A DNA stretch of 64,000 bases, taken from NCBI GenBank assembly GCA_951406725.2, contig OX597830.1, positions 77,686,001 to 77,750,000 of the forward strand, read 5' to 3'. Of the stretch, positions 29,159 through 43,409 are shown piece by piece. Numbering within the stretch: the stretch's first letter is position 1; each line of letters opens with the position of its first letter. The translations under genes were made by a program, and so were the position numbers. This DNA comes from Octopus vulgaris. Lineage: Eukaryota. A model generated the notes under the pieces. That model had not been told where the DNA came from and did not search any database. It worked only from the letters and a program-made list of their open reading frames with translations.

Positions 29159-29514
29159 GGTTTGTTTATGCTGGTTTGTTTATGACCCTGCATCTCCGTA
29201 TCCTAACGCTTCGGCAATAAAAGCGATAAAATAAAGATCAGACTTTAAAAACATTTACTTGGGTTGAGCTTTTTTTTTTACTAAATCCTTCAAGGCGGTG
29301 GTCGCAGCATGGTTGCAGTCCAATAAGTGAGACAAGTAAAATGAAAAAAAAAAACACAACAAAAATAAAGCACAAAAAACAACATATATCTATGTGATTG
29401 TAGTAGTAGTAGGCACATAAAAACAGTCTAGTGAATTAAAACAAATAACAAATGCGCCCTTTTAAAGCCTAGTCAGGCTCATGGGTTAATTTTAGGCCCA
29501 TAATTCTGCTAAAC

Positions 29515-30390
29515 GTAGATCTGACAAATTTAGATCAATCAAAACCTTTTGTCAGGGTCGACCATCAATACTTGGAGGCTGTCCTCGCGGCGGCCGGCTT
29601 CGGTCCCGTTTTCAGAGGCCGAATCGCTGCAATGTACAGCGGCATCTGTTCGGTGGTCAAAGTAAGCGGCCATCAATCAGAATCGTTTAGCATGGCTCAC
29701 TGAGTCAGTCAAGGATGCCCGCTTTCTCTCTGTGTGCACCTGCTGGCTCTTGAACCATTTACTGATGAAGGTGGATATTTCGAGGGGCATCCCGTGTAAT
29801 ATAAGATGCAGAAGGTTCGTGTCGGCTAATGCGGACAACGTCACCGTAATAGTGTCGGATAGCTCGGAGATCGAGGTGATCAAATCTACATTAAGTGAGT
29901 ACGAAGCGGTGACTGTAGCAAAAATACATTAGGAAAAGTCGATGGGCCTGCAGCTGGGCACCTGGGGAGGCAGGTTCATTCCAACCGACAGCGCTGTAGG
30001 GCACTGGCGAGAGGGATCGATTAAATTGCTCGGGGTCTGGTTTGGTTCGGACCACCAGGTGGACAAGAACTGGTGGGGGGGAGAACCGGATAGCCAGTCT
30101 CACCCAGAAATGGGCAGAGTTGTTCCTGAAAGGTTGGGCGGTCGGGATAGGGATAACCAGGATGTGTGGGGTTCTGCAGTTGTCCCTGTAAAGAACACCC
30201 CGCTTTTGGGGAAATTTTGATTGTTAAATTGTTTTGTTATTTGTTTTTGTTTTGTTTTTGTTACTTATTGTATACACGGTTTTGCTGAACACCCCACTTC
30301 TCTCTTGTATTGTATTGTCCCTATTCGTTTCGTGTCCGGCCCTTGTTGTCAATAAAAGAAATTATTATTATTATTATTATTATTATTATT
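29515..30390 (+). pseudogene. Decayed Tx1/L1-clade LINE RT fragment with 3' end
   Basis: LDQSKPFVRVDHQYLEAVLAAAGFGPVFRG, QGCPLS, SANADNVTV (decayed SAYADD), EYEAVTVAKIH*EKSMGLQLG; AATAAA at 30351 followed by a (TTA)n tail. Confidence 0.8.
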
Positions 30391-30445
30391 GTCATCATCA
30401 TCATCATCATCATCATTATTATTATTGATGATGGTGATGATGATA

Positions 30446-30478
<33 letters not shown>

Positions 30479-30670
30479 GTTAATACGTTGGCCAAAATGC
30501 TTAGCGATATTTCAACTGTGTTTTCTTTTTGTGTTCAAGTGCCACGAGGTCGACTTTGATTTTAATCCTTTCGAGGTTGATTTTAAAAAGGGTCAGTTGA
30601 GTACTGATATCAATGTAATCGATTAGCCCCTTCCCCAAATTTCCAGGCCTTTTGCCTATAATAAGAAAGG

Positions 30671-30727
<57 letters not shown>

Positions 30728-31607
30728 GAATCGATATGCATAGATATATATACACATGCATATAAATGTATGTGCAAGTATGCACGTACATATGTGTATG
30801 TATGTATCTATGTTTTGTATGTATGTATGCATGCATATATATATGTATGTATGTATACGTGTATGTATACGTGTATGTATGTATGTATGTATGTATATAT
30901 GTATGCGTGCATGCAAGTTAAACTCACATAAACTTATCTTAAAGTATATCTTTCAAAAATGCTCACCAACTTCTTTGAATTTATCCATTTATCTATACAT
31001 ATATGCACACATACATACGTGTGTGTGTGTGTATGTGTGTGTGTGTGTGTGTGTGCAAGTGTATGTTTCTATGCCCCTGTGTATCCGTGCATGTGTGTGT
31101 ACGTGTGTGTTTCATTTCTCTCTCTCTCTTACGTATCTCTCTCTCTTATTCCCTCTCTCACGATCTATCTGTGTGTTTTCCAAGAAAAACATTATATGGT
31201 AAGTGTGTGCAGGAATAAGTGTTTGTAGACTCGAGACAGTCGGAAAAAAATGTTGAGAAAGCTGGAAGAAATATATTACAGAGGTCAGTAACCTTTACCA
31301 GATAAATTTATTTTAGAAAGAGCGAGAACAAAAGTGAAAAATCTTCATTTGTTTAAAAAAAAAAAAGAAGAGAAAAAAACCAGAGATTTCGCTTACAAAT
31401 ACTTTGCAAGGAATTTTTGTTTGTGAAGCTGTAGTTGATGTATGGCATCAGGCTTGCTCTGTCATACGTACCTGGCATTTAAATTCGAAGGCGAAGTGGT
31501 GAGATAAGCTTACTTGCACTACAGTATATTGGTTTCGGGAACACCAGGATAAAGATCAAATACTGGTACAGATGTTTGTGAAAACCAGAGCTGACCAGCA
31601 GCAACAA

Positions 31608-32007
31608 GTGGAGGCGCAATGGTCCAGTGGTTAGGGCAGCGGACTCGCGGTCGGCGAATCGCGGTTTCGATTCCCAGACCGGGCGTTGTGTGTGTTTATT
31701 GAGCGAAAACACCTAAAGCTCCACGAGGCTCAGCCAGGGGGTGGTGGCGACCACTGTTGTACTCTTTCACTCCAAATTTCTCTCACTCATTCTTCCTGTT
31801 TCTTGTCCCCGACTTCCTACGCAACCGATGAGCCTGGATGTGCATTCATCCATCCGTCGATGCTCTCGGTGTCGGGGGTTGACCTGCTTTCTCTTCTGCG
31901 GATCTTACGAATAGCAAAGGACCACGTTTCAGACTTCTCCCGTCTTGCGAGCTCTGGGACGAAGACCGTTCGCTCAACAGCAACAGCAACAGCACCTACA
32001 GCAACAA
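31608..32007 (+). mobile_element. SINE family C, tail type 3
   Basis: Same head; (CAA/CAG)n end. Confidence 0.82.
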
Positions 32008-32028
32008 TCAGTCAGGAGGTGGAGTCTG

Positions 32029-32257
32029 GCGGCGAGCTGGCAGAAACGTTAGCACGCCGGATGAAATGCTTAGCGCTATTTCGTCTGTCGTTACGTTGTG
32101 AGTTCAAATTCCGCCGAGGTTGACTTTGCCTTTCATCCTTTCGGGGTCGATAAATTAAGTACCAGTTCCGCACTAGGGTCGATGTAATCGACTTAATACC
32201 TATGTCTGTCCTTGTTTGTCCCCTCTATGTTTAGCCCCTTGTGGGTAATAAAGAAAT
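32029..32257 (+). mobile_element. SINE family B with 15-bp TSD (other copies 16963-17175, 50430-50625, 58667-58863, 62858-63082)
   Basis: AGGAGGTGGAGTCTG at 32014-32028 and 32258-32272. Confidence 0.92.
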
Positions 32258-32715
32258 AGGAGGTGGAGTCTGCATCGACATCTGGACCATAATGATCTCC
32301 TTGAAAACAATAAGGTGATCCCGGCGCTGTACATGATCAGTGGAGAATGAATTAAGATTAATCAGACGAGTGGTCCAGTTGCTAGAGGGCCTTCTCTTCT
32401 GTGTGATTGACAGTTACTTGAGGCCCTTCCAAGTAGGAGAGTAACAAAAAAGAGGCTGATCCACAGTAATAGAGGCAGCATCACCAAGAACAGTAACACC
32501 AAGAGAAGAAGGCCATGTTTAATGTTATTTTTGGCTCCAGTATACCATCAGTCGCAGTTCCAAAATTAAACTGAGCGTAGCAAACGAAATTCTTCCATCC
32601 TCAGTTTCAACAAAACTAGGGTCTGACTAGCACGAGAAACCAAGTAGAATTTTGTCCTTGGGGGGGCAACTATTATTTCCTATTTGCTTAGCCCTTTAAA
32701 CTTTGATCTTCTTGC

Positions 32716-32787
<72 letters not shown>

Positions 32788-33057
32788 ATTTTATTCACTC
32801 AGCTATAGAAATGAGTTGCGACGTCACTGGTGCCAAGCTGTAGTCGACGTCACTTGCCAAGCTGTCTTTCCCTTGGATAACACTGGTGGCGTGGAGAGGG
32901 GAGGCTGGTATGCATGGGCGACTGCTGGTCTTCCATAAACAATCTCGCCCGGACTTGTGTCTAGGAGGGTAACTTTCTAGGTGCAATCCCATGGTCTGTG
33001 TCGTGACTGAAGGGGGTCTCCGATATATTCTTTTATTCGTTAAATATATATATATAT

Positions 33058-33269
33058 TCTTTATTCGTTCCAGTCATTTTGACAGCGGCCATGCCGGAGC
33101 ACCGCTTTTAGTCGAGCAAATCGAACCCAGGACTTATTCTTTGTTAGCTTAGTACTTATTCTACCGGGTTTTTTTATGCCGAACCGCTAAGTTACGGTGG
33201 ACGTAAACAAACCAGCATCGATGTCAAGCGATGTTGGGACACACACACATACACACTCACACACACACA

Positions 33270-33348
<79 letters not shown>

Positions 33349-33524
33349 AGATATATACATACGACGGGCTTCTTTCAGTTTCCGTCTACCAAATCCACTC
33401 ACAAGGCTTTGGTCGGCGCGAAACTATAGTGGGAGACACTTGCCCAAGGTGCCCCGCAGTGGGACTGAACCCGGAACCATGTGCTTGGTTAGCAAGATAC
33501 TTACCACACAGCCACTCTTGCGCC
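33058..33524 (-). mobile_element. SINE family A
   Basis: Reverse complement of family A with expanded central (CA)n(TA)n. Confidence 0.88.
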
Positions 33525-33600
33525 ACTACACACACACACACACACATATATATATACATATATGTATGTGTGTATGTATATTTATATATATGTACGCACG

Positions 33601-33668
<68 letters not shown>

Positions 33669-33931
33669 CAGACTTTCAGTTTCTGTTTTTCCAAATCCAG
33701 AAATGCTCACACGAATCTTTGGTCGGACCATGGCTATAACGGAAGACACTTGACCAAGGTGACACGCGCTGGGATTGAAACTGGAACGATCTGGTTCTGA
33801 AGCGAATTTCCTACCCCATAGTCTTAAACAATATGAACGTGTGTGTGTGTATACGAATGTGAGCATATGCATATAACCGTGAGCGCGTTAGATCTATGTA
33901 TGCATGTATAGATAGATGTATAGATAGATAG

Positions 33932-34654
<723 letters not shown>

Positions 34655-34663
34655 CAGATAAAG

Positions 34664-34695
<32 letters not shown>

Positions 34696-34732
34696 GATAG
34701 ATAGATAGATAGAAAGATAGATAAAGATAGAT

Positions 34733-34802
<70 letters not shown>

Positions 34803-34830
34803 GTATGTATATGCACTGTATGTATTTATG

Positions 34831-35140
34831 GGATCTTTTCGGTTTGACCGGCAGTTTTTCTAGCGGTGTCATATGAAATTGTCACCCATAACTATGACCC
34901 TAGTATCGATCTATTGTATTTCAGTCTGTTTTAGGCTTAGGGTCAGGGTCAGGGCTAGGGGTGGGGGTAAGGGTATCTCTTTTTCTTTAACAACAAATAT
35001 CTTACAAACTATAGAATTTTCTCAATAAAGCCAAAAGAAAAAGATGTTTTATAAACACATTCTACCAGTATACGAAGTTTAAAAGTGTTCAGTTACGTGG
35101 AAATTATTTTAAAAAACTGCCGTTCAAACCGAAAGGACCC
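34831..35140. mobile_element. MITE with ~29-bp TIRs, 8-bp TSD and internal telomere-like hexamers (Merlin-like by ends)
   Basis: GGATCTTTTCGGTTTGACCGGCAGTTTTT / AAAAACTGCCGTTCAAACCGAAAGGACCC; flanks TATTTATG / TATTTATA; TTAGGC-TTAGGG-TCAGGG-TCAGGG-CTAGGG at 34941-34970. Confidence 0.8.
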
Positions 35141-35153
35141 TATTTATATTCCT

Positions 35154-35206
<53 letters not shown>

Positions 35207-35814
35207 ATATAGTTTCACCTATTTGTTTCTTTAATTTTTACAGCCTGTGGTTCGTTGTGGTGAAAACATTGGAAGAAGGAAAAAGTACCGCCGGAGTAAA
35301 TGGGAGAAGGAAGAGGCGACGACACAAGGAAGGAGATAGTGCAGAAAGGAGGAAGCGGACGAGGTGGTAAGACAAGAACAACATGAGAAAGGGGAAGTAT
35401 ATTTGGTGAAGGCCCTGGAGGCGGAGGAGGTTACAGCAAGAGAAAGATATAGAGAGAGAGGTAGAGAGAAAGAAAGAGTGAGAGTGAGAGTGAGAAACGA
35501 GCCACTTTGACAGAGAGAGAGAGGGAGGAGATGCGGAGAAGAGAAAAGACAGAGTAAGAGAAAGTGAACGAAAGAGTGAAAGGAATCGAGAAGGGGAGGA
35601 GGAGGAGGAAGAAGTAGAAGGAAGAAGGAGAAGCAGCAGCAGCAAGCTGGAGAAAGAGGAGGAAGAGGAGGAAGAGGAGGTGGTAACGTGAGAGACGGAG
35701 GTGTTTTCGTTTAGCAGCCGACAATCAGTGTAGGAGTGAGAGCTGAAAAAAAAACCATAGGAGAAGGAGGAGGAGGAGGAAGAGGAGGTGAAAGAGCCTG
35801 AGGAGCAGGGAGTA

Positions 35815-35860
35815 GTGCGATTGGTCGGTTGCAGGCCACGTGAGTCACCTCGGTGACAGA
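35815..35860 (+). promoter_or_regulatory. Candidate Hox3 promoter module (reverse CCAAT, E-box, AP-1-like and TALE sites)
   Basis: ATTGG 35820-35824, CACGTG 35837-35842, TGAGTCA 35841-35847 and TGACAG 35854-35859 within 40 bp, at the end of a long purine-rich tract and the start of a TE-poor zone leading to the Hox3 ATG. Confidence 0.5.
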
Positions 35861-36529
35861 GAAAACAGCGAGAGTGAAGAACGGCAACAAAAACAACAAC
35901 AACAACAACAACAACAAGAAAAAGGAGAACGTGAACGTGTGGAGTTTAAATAGTTTACGGAAGAAAGTATAAGAAGAAGAAAAAAAAGGAAAAGGAAGTA
36001 TATAAAATTATTATATATTAATTTTTATAAAAAAGAAAAAAAACAGGATGGAAAGACGAAACGAAGAACGAAAAATGTGAAAAATATATTAGAAAGAAGA
36101 AAAATTTTGATTCTTTCGTCCATTCGGCTTAAATTTTGGAAGAAAAATATTACATATATATATACATATTTATAACAAGAATATTATCATAATAATAACA
36201 CAAATACTGCATTTTTTCAGACGGAAAAATAACAAACAAACAAACATAAAAAAAACACATCAGGAAACACGGCTCTGTCCCAAAATAATATATTCACACG
36301 GCTTTACCAGTTAACAATTTTCTCCTATTTGTATAATTTGTCTATAATTGTAAATAGTTAGCTAGCTAGCTAGTACGGTTGCTTGCTTCCTTGGTAAGCT
36401 AGCTTAGTAAATATCATCTCCATCATCATCATCATCATCACAATAATCGTAATCGTTGTCGTCTTGTTCATCGTTGGAACTCACTTGCCAATTCCAGCAT
36501 ATAACATATCCATATATATCCATATATAT

Positions 36530-36567
<38 letters not shown>

Positions 36568-37039
36568 GTATATATGGATGCATTTTCTTGTCTGATATGC
36601 ATATAGAAATATTTCTGTCTCGTTAAAACATTTAACTGTATTTGAAATTAAGAAGAAAAAAAGAAGGAAGAATCTACGGATGTATTAAATACTGACAAAC
36701 GTTGATTATATATACCATATGAGATATAAGGATATAATGATATATGTATAATATATATACATATCATATGCATATATATATAAATACGTACATGTATCTT
36801 TACACTTACTTGAATACGAATATACGCCCGGAAAAAAACACGTCAGCTGGTTTTCTAACACGACTGAAATTAAATATCACTAAATTTTATAAATATATAC
36901 ACACCCGAAGACAGGAGTGACACCCGTCATATATACATATATATACATACATACATACAAACATACATACATACATGTAGAACGACAGACATACATATAG
37001 ATACATACAGGTTCATATATCAGAAACAAGCAAAAAACG

Positions 37040-37083
<44 letters not shown>

Positions 37084-37229
37084 GCAGCTGCTGCTGCTGC
37101 TGCTGCTGCTGCTGCGACTACTATTGCTGTTACCCCAAGAACAACAACAACAACGGGGAATCCTGCGATTTCTTTAAAATCTCATCAATTCTTCACTGCT
37201 GGGGGTTACTAAACACACACACACACACA

Positions 37230-37270
<41 letters not shown>

Positions 37271-38700
37271 ACACACACATACACACATATATATATATAC
37301 TTTTTTTTCTTCTTTCTTACTACTACCGGGATTAAAGAAAGAGAAAACAGCAAAGGAAAAAAAGGGAACACACAAAGCGAAAGGAAACCAAGTTACTATT
37401 TTTATCAATTCAAGTATGACTGAATTTATTTGATTTGTATGTCTTAATTTCTTAACAGGATTTTTGTCGGTTTGTTTTGGTTTGATAACAAAAAAAAAAA
37501 AAAAAGAAAACAGACAAAAAATAATAATAATAATAATAAAACACGAAAGGAAAAAAAATCAAAACGTTTTTAAAAGGAATAAATGCAACAGGAAAAAAAA
37601 GAAAGACAAGGAAAAAATACACACAAAACCGAGAAACAACCGAAAAGAAATACCCACCAAAAAAACCCCCAAAAAAACACGTACAATAATTGACACCAAC
37701 GCCGCCGCCTCCAACCGCTGATAACATTACAAATAATAATAATAATAATAATAATAATTATAATGATAATAACATGGACATCGTTGAAAAAGCACGGATA
37801 ATATATTAACCCCATCATCGTCATCGTCATCATCGTCATCATCATCATCATCATCACAACTGCAATTTATATCTTATGTGACGTGGATTTGGCTAAAAAA
37901 TACACAACAAAAAGGGAAAAAAAATAATATTCGTTGGAAAGAAAAGATGCTGATGGTGATGAGGATGATGGTGATGAAGCTGAGAAAAACAGTGGAAAAT
38001 CATCGAACGAGTCAAAGTCAATTGCGAAAAACGTCCAAGGAACCAGAAGCGATGAAGAAAATCGGGTAATAATAATAATAATAATAATAATTTCAGCAAA
38101 AAAAAAAAACAGAAAAGTAATTTTGTATGACATGAAAGGAATAATATATATTAAAAAGTATTTATATATATATTCGTATATACATGCTAGACGTACAGAC
38201 ATATACACTCACAAGATGGGGAGCTGAGGAGAGAAAAAAAATTGAAGGTTAATTATGAATTGTGCGTATACATATATACATCCGCATACACCTGTGTATG
38301 TATATAGATAGATATGTAAACAGAGGCAACAACAATAACAACAAAAGTTGTAACCAGCTTCGACAACGACAGCAACATAGATATTAGTACCATTAGTACC
38401 ACCACAACGCCACCACCAGCAACAACAACCGCACTCACTGCTTCTTCTACTAGTACGACTACTTACTCGAAATATGGAAGAATTTACAAAAAGTCAAAAC
38501 AAATCGTTAAAATAAATCTACACACACACACACACATACACACACACACACACACACACTCACACACGCATATATAAATATATATATATATACACATACA
38601 GAAATACATGCACACACACATATATATATATATACGTACATAAACGGCGGTGCATCAGCATGGCCGAAGCTCTGAGCTTGAAACTTTAAAAAAAAATACA

Positions 38701-38824
<124 letters not shown>

Positions 38825-38876
38825 TAGGGAGAGATAAGTTGGAAGAATAGAAACCTGCTCTTTGTAGGTAATCCGA

Positions 38877-38941
<65 letters not shown>

Positions 38942-39549
38942 CAACAACTACATTAGCAACAAAAACAATATTAATAACATAAGCAGCAACAATCACAACA
39001 ACAACAACAGCAACAACAAAAATATATAATGTGGTAGAGAGTAAAAAGGTGAGGACCTATTAAAAATTTATCTCGGAGTCCTCCACCTGGCTTTATTTTA
39101 ATATTTTTTTTCCTTCGCTTCTTTTTCTTTCTTTTTTTTATCTATCATCGAAAATCCACATCTCTACACCACAAAACACCCACGACCACTACTACAACAA
39201 CTACTACTACTACTACTACTACTACTAACTACTATTACTACCAACACTACTACCACCACCACCACCACCACCACCGCCGCCGCCGCCACCACAACTACGG
39301 CAGCTACTACCCACAGCTACTACCAAAAGAGGCTGCGATTCACTCACCACCGGGCAACGTTAATAATCATCGACAAAACGCACTGCCTTCATTAGTATTA
39401 TCTTTTAATTACTTTTAATTAAGTCTGTTGTCTTTAACAACAATTTCCTCTCAGGCGAATTTTTAAAAAAAAGTTATAATTTAACTTAATGAAGTTAAAT
39501 AAATTTAATTTATAATATTTGTTTAATAAACAAATCAAAAAGCAACAGG

Positions 39550-39602
<53 letters not shown>

Positions 39603-39615
39603 GGTGGCATTAGAC

Positions 39616-40558
39616 ATGCAGAAAGCGTATTACAACCCCATGCAGAGTTTTGGTGGTGGTGCTGGTGGTGTTGTTGGCATTGGTGTTAGTATAGGCGGTG
39701 GTGGTAGTGGTATCGGTGGTAGTGTTGGTAATGGTTACTATCAGAATGAGGGTCCTTACTGCTACGACTTGGGCGGCACCGCATACATGTTGGGTCAGCA
39801 CCAACAACAACATCATCATCAGCAGCAGCATCACCACCATCAGCAACAACAACAACAACCGCATCACCATCAACAACAACAGCAACATCACCAACAGCAG
39901 CAGCATCATCACCAACAGCAACAACAACAACAACACCCACAAGCACATCAAACAACACCGCCGACATCTTTAACGCAACACCAACAACAACAACAACAAC
40001 AACAGCAACAACAACAACATGCCGAATATTACGGACCCTCGTCGTGTCTCCTCCAGAGTCACATGAGCCCCGCCGCCGCTGCCGCTGCTGCTGCCGCCGC
40101 CGCCGCCGCCGTGGCTGCTGTCACCGGGGGTGAACACACGAACGGCATAGGCGGCGGTGGCAGCGGCGGCGGCGGCGTGTTGGTGTTGGGCAACGGAGGG
40201 CCCGGCGCGTCCGCCGCGGGCAACGGCGGAGGCAGTGCGAGCGGTGGCGCTGGCGGTGGTGGCGGCGGTGGTGGTGGATCTGGAGGCACAAGCGATGGCG
40301 GTGGGGGTGGTAATGGTGGTGGCGGCGGCGTTGTGTTGACGGGCCAGGACTATGGGAATGCCTACGCCAATACGTGCATGCAGGCTGCGGCGGCGGCGGC
40401 AGCGGCCGGACTGAACTGTAACCCGACCGCAGGACTCGTCGGGTCAACGCTGACCAGCCCACCACACCACCAATCAATGCTTAAACAACAGGAAATCTAT
40501 CCCTGGATGAAAGAGACACGGCAGAATTCGAAACAGCGACAAACTTCAACTCTAACAG
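39616..40558 (+). CDS. Hox3: Hox paralogue group 3 homeobox transcription factor, first coding exon (N-terminal region and hexapeptide; homeodomain exon not seen in window)
   Basis: ATG at 39616 gives MQKAYYNP (Hox3 proteins typically start MQKxxYY). Hexapeptide context [17 protein letters not shown] matches the Hox3-type (F/Y)PWMKE(S/T)RQN(S/T)KQ signature (YPWM at 40498-40509). GC-rich coding-like composition with Q/H, A and G runs. Ends at a strong donor ACAG|GTGAGT (intron starts 40559, phase 1). Confidence 0.92.
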
Positions 40559-40623
40559 GTGAGTACCAGATACAATATATATATACATAGTAACACATAC
40601 ACACCCATATATACATATACATA

Positions 40624-40682
<59 letters not shown>

Positions 40683-40722
40683 ATATATATATACATATAT
40701 ATATATATTATATATATATATA

Positions 40723-40756
<34 letters not shown>

Positions 40757-40915
40757 TATATATATATTCATATATATATATTCATATATATATATTTATA
40801 TATATATTTATCTATAGAATTAAAATCAAAATGAGGGTGAAAAAATTGGATATCAATTTAATAACATCAATTTAACACCAGTGGTTTTAAATTGATGTTA
40901 TTAAATTAATATCCA

Positions 40916-40958
<43 letters not shown>

Positions 40959-41200
40959 TTTGATTTGCCTAATAGTGGTTTTAATATATATATATATATT
41001 CCGTATTATTGTTTCTTACACTGTTTCTTGTATACTATCTGCTTTATATGTATATACTTTTAAAAAAGAATATTGTATACATGGTTCATTATTTAATCAC
41101 TTGCACGTTTATACAATGTATATCCATCTTTCTTACACCCATTTGTATTAAAATTTGCTTTCAGTTTAGCATTCTACCTTATTATTATTATTTTTCCTTT

Positions 41201-41259
<59 letters not shown>

Positions 41260-41455
41260 TTGAAGAATATATGCCATATGGTTAACATATGCATTCATAT
41301 ATACATACATACTGCACATACGAATACATATTCATTGCTGGCATCTCTAGCGGAAGTATTTTGGGGTTGAAATTGCCGCGATAATCTGTAAATCCAACAT
41401 CTTCAACACATTGTATTACGTCTCAAACATTCTGATGAGTATATAAACACATATA

Positions 41456-41667
41456 TACAAATGCGTGCTGAAAAGTTGCTGCGAAAGGCCTGTTTGGAGA
41501 CTCAAACCTTCCGAGTTGTTTTACAGAACTTAGAAAAAAATACTGAAGGACCACTCCAATAAGTGTGTAAGTCTGAGAGGGGAAACATGTTAAACAAAAT
41601 CATAATTAACTGATCCTAACGTATTTCCTTCTACCGAAAACCAGGGACTTTTCAGTACTTCTGTGTA
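41456..41667. mobile_element. Mariner-derived MITE; related copies at ~15105-15279 (inverted) and ~50261-50681 (SINE-interrupted)
   Basis: GTGCTGAAAAGTT ... ACTTTTCAGTAC termini and shared internal blocks (GCGAAAGGCCTG, AATCATAATTAACTGATCCT) in all three copies. Confidence 0.6.
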
Positions 41668-41684
41668 TATACACACATACATAC

Positions 41685-41721
<37 letters not shown>

Positions 41722-43409
41722 TACACACACACAAATACATATACACACGTATATAAATGCATTTATGTTGTATATAGAAAATTTGCTGGACATTCCATTT
41801 GAGGTACCTGGTCGGAAAATATGCAACCAATCACATATACCTATGGAATCCATACACACCGACACACAGACATACCTATAAACATACCTAAACAGTTACG
41901 AAACATACACACGTTTACTGAAGTGACATGGACTCCCACTACATGGGCGCACTACATGCTTATACATACATGCATACTCAAACGTGTGCGTGCACATATG
42001 TAAATATAAATAAACTGATTCGCTCAAACACCAAGCGTTGGCCTGGCCCACGTAAATGACTATGGTCTCTTTGGGGCCGCCTCGAATACTGTAACGGAAA
42101 ATTTTGCTTGCTTTTTATGAATTTAGTCAGGAGTGGCTGTGTGGTAAGATATTTGCCTCCCCGTTACAGGGATCCGGTTTCAGTCCCACCGCCTGGCACC
42201 TGGCCATATCCTTGGGAATGGATTTCATCATCATCATCATCATTTAACGTCCGTTTTCGATGCTAGCATGGGTTGGACGGTTTTGACTGAGGGCTGGCAA
42301 CCAGATGGTTGCACCAGGCTTCAATCTTATCTGGCAAGGTTTCTACAGCTGGATGCCCTTCCTAACGCCAACCACTCCGAGAGTGTAGTGGGTGCTTTTT
42401 ACGTGCCACCTGTAGATGGAAACAGAGAGAAACCCGTCGTATGGGTGTGTGTATGCTTGTGTGCGTGTGTGTGTGTAGTTGTTCCCTCCCAATTGTTTGC
42501 CAACCGGTGTTGCTATGTTTACATCCTGTAACTTAGCAGTTCGGCAAAAAAGACGATAGAATAAGGACGTGGTTTTAAAAGAGGCACTGGAGTTGAATCG
42601 TTCGACTAAAATACCTTAAGACAGTGCTCCAGCATGACCGCAGTCAAATGACTGAAATAGCTCGAAGAAAATGCCCCATGACGTTTGGCAGGACTTCCGT
42701 GACTGTTGAGAGGGAAGGAGGGAGGCGGCCTCAAACCAAAAATCTGCCCCGAATCCTCGCAAGAGGGTGAACCTCTGTAAAAGGCACCGAAGGTGTCGCT
42801 TGGTAAAAGTGAATAGCATATTAGCTCTAGGTCCCATAAGGTTGGTTACCCTATTTCCAAGGCATGTAAATAACCGCTGTGACAAGGTAATCCCCGAACA
42901 AGACGCGGGCTGTTGCTGGGTTCATGGTTAGCAAATTTTGAAACAAGAGACATTTCGATTACATCGTGGCTACTTATTCTTTCGATGGTGAAGGGATCAA
43001 AGGAAAAGCTGATCTCGGCTGGATTTGAACTCAGAACGTAAAGAGCCGGAAGAAATGCTGCAAGGCATTTTGTCCGATGTTATCACGATTCTGCCAGCTT
43101 GCAGCCTAAGTGTTTGTTCATTAAAGGTGACGAATTAAATTTACTGCAAACGTCCGGCCTTGGTAAGATCCGAACTCAGAATGTAAAGAGTCGGAAGACA
43201 TACTACTACAAGGCATCCGACTCGACAATCTTACGCTTGCACCTTCCATTCTACTGCCTTTGATTGTTACTATTTTATCAATCTCGAAAGAATGAAAGGC
43301 AAAGTTGAACTCGGCGGGATTTGAACTCACACCAAAAAAGAGTTGGAAGAAATACTGTGACGCTTTTTTGTCCGACGCTCAAACGACTCTGCCAGTTCGC
43401 CGACCAAGC

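Noticed and set aside
37934-38227. Acidic ORF MERKDADGDEDDGDEAEK upstream of Hox3
   Set aside because: Non-ATG start, low complexity from GAT repeats and no recognisable domain; at most part of a leader.
39604-39615. GTG start given by the ORF track, and read-through to 40590
   Set aside because: The ATG at 39616 gives the Hox3-type MQK start, and the donor at 40559 ends the exon; the extensions are ORF-caller artefacts.
41425-41470. CTGATGA followed by a GTATATA/TATATAC stem
   Set aside because: No GAAA, UH site or stem I; the right half is the start of a mariner MITE.
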